Assembly: GCF_009914755.1 (NCBI RefSeq)
Contig: NC_060936.1
Origin: the human T2T-CHM13v2.0 reference genome, Homo sapiens
Direction: 5' to 3' (one strand)
Length of the DNA stretch: 64,000 bases
The position numbers were made by a program, and so were the translations under genes. The notes below the pieces were generated by a model. It saw only the letters and a program-made list of their open reading frames with translations. It had not been told where the DNA came from and searched no databases. The number at the start of each line of letters is the position of its first letter. The first letter of the stretch is position 1. Shown here piece by piece: positions 52,967 through 64,000 of the stretch.

Positions 52967-53644
52967 CACCACATCTCTCTCTCACTCTTTCTCTCTCTTT
53001 TTCACACACACACACACCTCTCACTCTTTCTCTTTTTCACACACACACACACCTCTCTCACTTTCTCTTTTTCACACACACACCTCTCTCTCTCTTTCTT
53101 TTTCACACACACACATCTCTCTCTCTGTCTCTCATGCATACACACGCACACACACGTCACATCACATCTCTCTTTACACAAACACACACATATGTGTGTA
53201 TGGGTGGGGAGAGAGAGGTGGGAAGGATAAGGAATTAACTCATGCAACTATGGAGGCTAAGTCCCAAGATCTGCCATCAGCAAGCTGGAGACCCAGGAGA
53301 GCTCATGGTACACTTGCAGCCTGAGTCTGAAGAACTGAGAACGAGGAGAGCCAATAGCATAACTTCTAGCCTGAGTCCAAGGTTGAAGGCCGTAGAAGAA
53401 AAACGTCCCAACTCTAAGACAGGCAGAGAGAGGGAATTCTCTTACTCCAACTCTTTGTTCTATTTAGGCCTTCAACGGATTGGATGAAGTCCACCCATAC
53501 TGGGGAGGGCAATCTGCTTTACGCAGTCTACCGATTCAGATGTTAACCTCATCAGAAGCACTCTCACAGACACACTCAGAACAATGTTTAACAAAATATA
53601 TGAACACCCTATGGCCCGGTCAACATATCAAATTAACCGTCACA
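52885..53644 (-). mobile_element. MLT2 (B/D-like) LTR containing a ~260-bp compound (CA)n/(CT)n expansion
   Basis: attagtctgggttctccagggaaacagaaccaataga...gcaagctggagacccaggagagc...aaattaaccgtcaca. Confidence 0.85.
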
Positions 53645-53805
53645 GACTTCTCGTCAGAGAGTTAAGTGAAACATTTGAAGTGTTGAAAGGAAAAACCTCT
53701 AACCTAGAATTCTATACTCAGCAAAATTATCCTTTAAAAGTGAAGGCACAATAAACAAAACAAACAAAAACAAAAACTAAGAAAACTCTGACAAACAAAA
53801 ACTGA

Positions 53806-54163
<358 letters not shown>

Positions 54164-54658
54164 AAGAAATTCTTTAGAGAGAAGGAAATATGATAGGAAG
54201 AGTATTGAAGAAGGAATTATTAAAATAAAATACAATCCTTTACTATTCTTATTCTTAATTGATGTAATGGATAATAACTTGTTCAAAGAAATAATAATAA
54301 CAATGTATTAGGTGATTATAACATATAGATAAATGAGTGACAGCAATGCAATAAGGAACAAGAGGGAGAAATTAAGAATATATAATTATAGATAAATATT
54401 TGAAAGTGGACTTAGATTAGTTGTAAACACACATTATACACACTAGGGCAACCACTCAATATTTTTTACAATGTAATTGATATGCAGAAAGGAAAGAAAA
54501 TGGAATCGTACAAAATGCTCAATAAAACTCAGAGAAGGTGGGGAAAGGGGAAAATTTGAAAAGGAAACAAAGAATAAGTACAAAAAAAAAGAAGATAGTT
54601 AGAAGTGTGATAGACAGTAATCCAACTATATCAAAAATCACTTTAAATGTGTGTTCTA

Positions 54659-55401
<743 letters not shown>

Positions 55402-57237
55402 GTGTGGTCTAAGTAAACAAAAGACAGAGATTGTCACAATGGATTTAAAAAACAAGACTGAACTAAATGCTGTTTATAAGAAACTCACTTTAAATAAAAA
55501 GACACAGATAGAATAAATTAAAGGGGTGGAGGAAAAGATGCCATGATGACATTACTCAAAATAAATCTATAATAACCATATTAATTTCAGACAAAGCAGA
55601 CTTCAGAACAAGAAAAATTGACAGGGATAAAGAGGGGCATTACATAGTGGTAAAGGGACCAGTTCTCAAAGAGGACTACCATACTTGACACGTATGCGTC
55701 TAACAAGAGAGAGTCAAAATGTGTGAGGCAAAAACTGATGGAACTGCAAGGAGAAACAGACAAATCCACTAACATAGCTGGAGATTTCAACATCCTCTTT
55801 CAGTGACTGACTGATAGATTCAGCAGGCAGAAAATCAATAAGCATAGAGTTGAACCGGATAGCAGCACTAAACAACTGGATCTAATAGAGATTTATAGAA
55901 TGTTTCATCCAACAAAAGTAAAGTACACATTCCTATCAAGCTCACATGAACATTCAACAAGATAGACCACATTCCAGGCCATTAAGCAAACCTTAACAAA
56001 TTTAGAAGAATAGAAATCATTCAAAGTATGTTCTCACCACAATGGAGTTAAATGAGGAATCAATAACATAAGACAGCTAGAAAATCTCAAAATATGTTTC
56101 TAAAAAATACATGGGCCAAAGAAGTTCAATAGAAATTTAAAAATAGTGTGAACTAAGTGAAAATTAAATAAAACATAAAAATTTGTGGGAGGCAGTGAAA
56201 CTAGTGCTTAGAGAGAAATTTATAGCATTGAATGAATGTATTAGAAAAGGAGAAGATCTAAAACCAACAACCTAAGTTTCCACTATAGGAAACTAGAAAA
56301 AGAAAAAGAATAGCAAACTAAGTCCAAACTGAGATCTTTATAAATGAAGATGAAATGTTTCTGGACTGGAAGATGCAACATTGTTAAGATATCACTTCTC
56401 CTTAAATTGATCCATAGAATCAACATAGTAGAATCCCATCAGGATTTCTGGTAGAAATTGACAAGTTGATCCTAAAATTTATACGAAAATGCAAAAGACC
56501 TAGAATAGCCAAGACAATTTTATAAAAGGCGAAAAAAGTTGGATGATTTGCAATGCCCAAAACTTATTCTGTAATAAAGGCAATGTGGTATTGGCATAAA
56601 GACAAGCATACAGATTTTTTAAATGGAATTTAGAATCCAGAAACAAAAGCTTACATTTATGGTCCATTGATTTTTAATGAAGGACAAGACAATTCGATTT
56701 GGAAAGGATAGTCTGTTCCACAGTAGGGGCTTGGGTAGGGATATCTATATGAAATAAAATGAACTTAGACCCTTCTCTTACATTCTCCTTAAACTCAAAG
56801 GGGTCACAGTCTTAAGTAGAAGAGCTACAACTATAAAACTTTTAAATGAAAATATAGGAGAAAAATATTTTTGAGAAATCTTCTGCAAATCTTTATGACT
56901 CCAGAAGGATCCATAAAAGAAACAATTGGTAAATTGCACCTTATTAAATTTAAAAACCTTTGTGCTTCAAAAAATAACCCTAATAAAATTAAAAGACCAG
57001 CACAAACTGGGATGAAATATTTGCAAAACATATATCTAATAAAGGTCTAGTATCCAGAATATAAAAGGTAGCTTTACAATTCAGTAATTATAGTAATTTT
57101 AATTACAACTGATTAAAAAATGATAGAAGACTTGAATAAATATTTCACCAAAGAAGACATATTAATAGCAAATAAACACATGAAAAGGCACCCAGCATCA
57201 TTAGTCATAAGGAAATGCAAACTAAAATCATAATGTG

Positions 57238-57563
<326 letters not shown>

Positions 57564-57977
57564 CTATATTCAAAGACAGGTAATACTAAGTATTAGTGAG
57601 GGTGTGGAGAAACTGGAATGCTTGCATGTTCCTGGAAGAAATGAAAATGGTACAGCTACTTTGGAAAATTATTTGGTTCTTTCTTAAGTTAAACAAAAAC
57701 TTACCCAAGACTCAGTGGCTTCACTCTGAGGAATCTATCCAAGAGAAATGAAAACATCTCCATACAATGACTCATAATTGAATGTGCATAGCAGCATTAT
57801 TTGTACTAGCCAAAACCTGGAAAAAATCCAAATGTCTACCAGTTGGTGAGTGGATAAACCCAATATGGTATACTCATTCAATGGAATACTACTCAGCAAT
57901 ACGAAGGAGTAAAATACTGGTACATATTACAACATGAATGAACCTAATAAAAAGTATGCCTAAAAAAGACAGATGTA

Positions 57978-58313
<336 letters not shown>

Positions 58314-59209
58314 TTATAGTAAGTGTCCAGAAGAGGCAAATTATAGAGACAGAAAGCAGATTAATGATTATCCTGGGGAGGTGGGGTAGAAGTTGGTTTG
58401 GGCTGCAAATGAGCTTAATAAAATGTTTAGGATTATGACGATGTAATAAAACTGGATTGTGATTATGGTCATACAACTCTATACCTTTATTAAAAATCAT
58501 TAAGTTGTATACTTGCAATGGGTATAAGGTATATAAATGACACCTCAAAAAGGCGGTGAAAACAAAAAAAAAACACACAAAAACAAGACAAAACAAAGCA
58601 ACCTGACTCTCAATACTGACTCAGCAATGGAGGTGTGAACTCTGGACATGCAATGACAAGCTCCTCAACTGTGTAGGTGACATCTTGTTGTGACATAAAT
58701 TTTCTCTCCTTCCTTCTGACCTACACTGATTGCATGTAGCCCCAGTCAAAGCCAACCCTGCTCAGGCCATGCCCTGTCTAGCTATCCAATGTCCCTGTGC
58801 ACTCTCAGAGTTTGCTGCCAGGATCTCTGGGACAGTGTGCCAGGTTTCCAGCCACCTGCTCAGTACTTTTCAGCATCACTAAAATGGAGTTATTTTTGAT
58901 ACCAGTAATGGCAGAAATCCAACTAAAATGAATTTTTATCTACAATCTTGGCCTTTACCAAAAAAGAACTGAAACACTGCACACACATATTGCTATCCCC
59001 ATTTTCCCAGCATATAGTACCTGAGGAGAGAATTCTGGATGACACTTTCTGCCCTACCAAGAATACCTACCAAAATTCTAAAACATATTTGCTGTCTGTC
59101 CCCTAGGCATGAGTGTGTGTGTTTTGAGAAAGCTAGGTGGAGGATGAGGGGTGAAGATGTAGTAATTTGGTGTTTGAGCTATTGAGTTTAATTGAGTGAT
59201 ACATCTGTG

Positions 59210-59345
59210 CAGAAACGGAATGTTGACGTCATCACTTCCTCTGCCAACTTTGTTTGCTGTTTTTGTTTTTTTAAACGAAATAGATTTCTTTGGGGCTGCA
59301 GCTGGCTGCCTCCAAAGAGGGATCAAACCAGCTCACTTCCTGCTC
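59210..59345. promoter_or_regulatory. Candidate enhancer: CRE-ETS composite
   Basis: TGACGTCA (59224-59231) one base from CACTTCCT (59233-59240); second CACTTCCTG at 59334-59342; unique sequence. Confidence 0.45.
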
Positions 59346-59449
59346 ATGCTCTTCTCTTTTACTCGGGACCCAGTCACCAGCTGAGTTTTTCAGGATTCTA
59401 AAATTCCTTAACTACTCATTTCATGTTTCCTTAACTACTCATTATGTGA

Positions 59450-59990
59450 TTCTCATTCATTTCCCAACAGATGTTTGTTGAGCTCCTATTAAGTGCAAAA
59501 GGCTGTCTTAGAGGCTGTGGGGGATACAGAGATTAAAAAGAATGACCCTGTCCTCAGAGAGTTTACAGTCTAACTAAAGCAGGAGGTAGGGAAGGTGAGT
59601 ATACAATAACTAAGCTATAAGGTAAGGTGATAACAGACAGACAAACTGAGATATCAGAGTTTCGAGGAAGGAGAGAGGCCTTTTAGCTAGAACGATCAGG
59701 AAAGCCTTTCTGGAGAAGGCGTGATTTGAATCAGATCTTAGGGATGGATATAATTTTGATTGACAGATTGCAGGAATGTGAGAAATATAGATGGAAGGAA
59801 ATAACATGTGCCTGGAGAAAGAAGTTTTTAGAAATGGAAACGCACAAGGTGAATTTGAGAGAAAAATAATATTATTTTGCTAAAATACAGAAATTGGATT
59901 GAGAAGCAGAAGCAGATAAGTCTATAAATACATGCTGGAGTAAATTATGTAGACACTGAATGCCAGTTATAACTTGGACTTATCTCCAGA
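59450..59990 (-). mobile_element. L2 3' fragment
   Basis: cattcattttcccaacagatgtttgttgagctcct...ccctgtcctcagagagtttacagtcta...caggaaagcctttctggagaaggcgtgatttgaa. Confidence 0.75.
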
Positions 59991-60893
59991 CAGCCAGTGT
60001 TAACCTTTCCTTGACTCAAAAGGCATTTAAATAATAGGGACACAGACTCAGGCTCTATCTTGGCAAGATCCATAAGTTACACATGGAGAACCTTCCAGTG
60101 TGATCACAAGAATATAAATGGTTGTACTGCATGACCTTTGGGCCCCATTCTGTCCTGAGACTAAAGTTTAGGGGCTGTGAACAGAAAATGAACTCTCTCT
60201 TTTGGTGTCCTGGGTGGCCAGAGCTATGTATGGGTTATGGGGGAAAGATCTGTCCACCTGCAGAGGTGCCAAGGGCGTGCCTTGCTTAGAAGGCAGTTTC
60301 TTTGGAAGCTTAGAGAATGAGGACAGCTTTTTGTACAATGCATGGTCCCTTCAGATGGGTGGTTCTGCTTAGTGTTTTAAATACTGGGTGGGCTGGTTCT
60401 GCAGTTAGCACAACGATAGACAAACAGGGGGTGTGCACCTGTGCTGCATTAGGATCTGTCTCATCACTGCTTACTCCGCTGTATAGACAAAGATTCTTAA
60501 GTAATACCCCATGAAGGAACAATGAAGCCCCCGGCAGACTGTCGGAAGACCTTGAGAAGGCTGACAAATATGCAAAATCTTTATCAGCTTTTCCTTCCCT
60601 AGACTACTTGGGCTGGCTGGTGCAATGAATACAAACACCCACTTGGGCCAAAAGTCCTTCAATGGAAGCAGAAAAGAAAAGAAGAGAGAGGTGTGTATTT
60701 CAGAAAGAAGAACACAGAGATGGGGATAAATATAATCAGTCAGACTTAAGACTGTCATTAAAAAAAAACAGACATATTTTGCTAAATGCAGTCATTTCTC
60801 CATAAATCCAAAGGCAGCAGTTGGAACAGCTCTGCAATGGAAAAGGATGAGGTTTGGTGCTGCCTGTGATAGTCAGAAATGTCAAATGAACTG

Positions 60894-61338
<445 letters not shown>

Positions 61339-61410
61339 CTAGTTCAGCCACTTGGCAAGCTATATTTAACTTGGGACTTTTCTTCTCCTCAGCTGAACTA
61401 AATGACCTCT

Positions 61411-61814
61411 TGATATGGTTTGGCTCTGTGTTCCCACCCAAATCTCATCTCGAATCCTAATCCCCATGTGTCGAGGGAGGGACCTGGCAGGAGGTGATTG
61501 GATCATGGGGGCAGTTTCCCCTATGCTATTCTCGTGATAGTGAGGGAGTTCTCACTATCATGATGGTTTTTAAGTGTGATGGTTTAAGCTGATGGTTTTA
61601 AGTGTGGCACCTCCTTGCTCTTTTGCTCTCTCTCTCTCTCTCTCTCCTGCTGACTTGTGAAGAAGGTGCCTGCTTCCTCTTCACGTTCCACCATGATTGT
61701 AAGTTTCCTAAGGCCCCCCAGCCAAGCAGAACTGTGAGTCAATTAAACGTCTTTTCCTTATAAATTACCCAGTCTCAGGTATTCTTTATAGCAGTGTGGG
61801 AACTGACTAATATA
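61411..61814 (+). mobile_element. THE1D/MSTA-like solo LTR
   Basis: tgatatggtttggctctgtg...gactaatata; TSD CCTCT. Confidence 0.88.
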
Positions 61815-62549
61815 CCTCTGAAGCCCATCCACCTCTAATACTCTCCATTTCTTTGATTCAGTGAATTTCACTAACTGGGCTCAAAGTATGTTTAGGATGT
61901 GAAAAGTCAAGTGGTTCAGGAGACTTTAAATGTTTCAAACAACTTTATATTGGAAATATGGGGAAAATGCAAAATCTTGATCAGACCATTAAACCGTGAT
62001 ATTGACTTTACGGCATTTTATTTGATTGTATCAGATCAAACACTTTTCTAAAGGTAAGAGAGGAGACAGAGAATTGGAAATAGAATTAGAGAAAGCAACT
62101 AGACTCAGAAATAATGTCTTAAAATATGCCTAAATTTCAAAAACGTAGATGTCAAATGAAAATATCTACAATCTAATTCTACTTGCAAAGTGTTCTTAGA
62201 ACCCTAGCCAGCTCTACAGATCAAGTTATTGTCATGCTTAACTCTCCCTAGCCTCACTGCTCTTGCACTCCCCCTTGCTTTATCCTGCTCCTCTCCCTGA
62301 ATGTCGCATCACATCAGTGGCATGCTTATGCATCTAGCCAAGAAATACCTTTTACTGCTTTTCCTCATCCTCACACTCATTCAGTCACCAGGTCCTACTG
62401 ACTCAATCTTCTACATGTTCATGGAAACCTCCTCTGCTTCCCATCCTGACATCATTTCACTGAAGCCCTCATAATCACTCATTTGAACTACCATCACAGC
62501 CCCTACATGAACTATGTCATCCATGACGTGAATTTTGTACCACGGTCTC

Positions 62550-63540
62550 TTTCAGGTTCTGAGGACACTGTGGTGAGTGAGAGAGAAGTTGCTAGAGTCA
62601 TGGGGCTTATACTGTAGTAGGAGAGCCAGAAAATAAAACAACTAAGATGATTATAAATTGTCATGTTTTCTAGGAAGAAAATAAGCAGAGTGATGTGAGA
62701 AAGAGTAACTGAGCACGGAGGGCCCACAGAGACAGGCTGGCTCTAGAGGAGGGAGCTGAGGTCTGAAGGAGGAGAAGCAAGCATCCAGCCTTGCCCAGAG
62801 CATGCCAGGAAGAGGGAAGGATTAGTGCACAGTGATGGAGGGACTGAAAGAACAATGAGGCTGGAGTGTAATGAGCAAGAGAGAGCGATCTAGGTGAGGA
62901 TGGGTAGACCAAATAATGGAGAAGCCTTTGGTTCTCAGATTGGAGTTGGGAACTTTTTAAAGTGCAATGGGTACTAACTGATAGGCTGTAAGCATGGGAG
63001 TGATATAATCCAAGTTATGTTTAAGAAATCACTCTGGTTGGTGTATGGTCAAAAGGAAAGTAGGGATCACAGTTAGAAAGCTACTCCAATAGTGCAAATG
63101 AAAGATCATGTTGGCTTGGGTGAAGGTAATAGTGGAGATGAGGAGAAGTGGATGGAGTCAGGATATGTTTTAGAGACAGCCCAGATGTGATGGATTGGTG
63201 TGGGGCATGAAGAAAGAAGAGGATGTCTAATGGGGAGTGGTTTGGATAACTAAAGGGATGGATGATGGTGACACTTACTATGCTGGAAAAGACAAGGGAA
63301 AGAACAAGTTTTAGACAGCCAAATGAAGACTGAGAAGGCTTTTAAATATAGGATGCAGTGGGTCAGAGGGGAGGTCTGGGCTGGAGATATAAAATTGGGA
63401 GTCATCACTCAACAGATCCTGTTTAAAGCAGCAGGACTAGGTGACATCACCTCTCATAGCAGCACAAGGGGGTATAGCTAGAAAAGGAAAGAGAAGAGAA
63501 AGGGAGAGAAGAGGTCAGGAAAACAGAGAGTCGGCAAAGG
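62550..63540 (-). mobile_element. L2 fragment, flanked by plus-strand L2 pieces (~62370-62520 and ~63550-63895)
   Basis: gagtgatataatccaagttatgtttaagaaatcactctgg...gagaggtctgggctggagatataaaattgggagtcatca-type L2 antisense signatures. Confidence 0.75.
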
Positions 63541-64000
63541 AGGCTCTAGTCTTCACAGCTCTAATCCATCCTTCGTATTGAGGCCAGAGTGATGTCTCCA
63601 ACACCCAGCTCTGATCATGACTCCTCCCTGCCTAAAGCACTCCGAGGTTCTCTATTGCCCTCTCAAGAAAGTCCAAACCCTTAGCATGATATACAAACCC
63701 CTTCATGATCTAGACCTAACTTAACTTTGCAAGTTCATCTTCCTTGCCCTTTATCATAGCACTCCAACATTGTGTTATGATTATCTGAGTACATATCTGT
63801 TTGTGTTGTTAGATGTAACTTAAGAAAGACTATGTCGTTATTACCTTTACATTTCCAATGCCTAGCATAGAGTAGATAGTAACATTTGTAGGAATGGAGG
63901 GAGGGAAGGAGGGAGGGAGGGAAAGGACAGAGGGAAGGAAGGAGGGAAGGAAGGGACTATTTGTCATGTGAGAACCTTCATAAAAAGAAGAAAGCATGAC

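Overview
Primate (very likely human) euchromatic genomic DNA, not prokaryotic. About half or more of the window is interspersed repeat: roughly 16 Alus (J/S/Y), many MIR and L2 fragments, old L1M pieces including an ~11 kb nested L1 block at 47.5-58.6 kb, MaLR/ERVL LTRs (MLT1, MLT2, MST, THE1), hAT MERs and a full-length Hsmar2 mariner with TA target-site duplications (TSDs). There is also a truncated U6 retrocopy, several STRs and a 38-bp minisatellite. I can call no protein-coding exon with confidence: almost all listed ORFs come from repeats or low-complexity sequence. A CpG island at ~39.5-40.0 kb has GC boxes and a minus-strand splice donor. Together with small candidate exons at 30013-30084 and 302-348, it suggests the 5' end of a minus-strand gene running off the left edge, which I could not name. 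I found no novel multi-gene system. The most unusual signals are local rearrangements: an AluSp with its left arm quadruplicated, near-identical templated copies of 36-100 bp moved 1.7-6.4 kb inside ancient L1, a THE1-in-MST-in-Alu nest, an old ~170-bp duplication, and quasi-palindrome corrections. Repeat subfamily names come from recalled consensus features and need RepeatMasker/Dfam confirmation; boundaries of old repeats are approximate.
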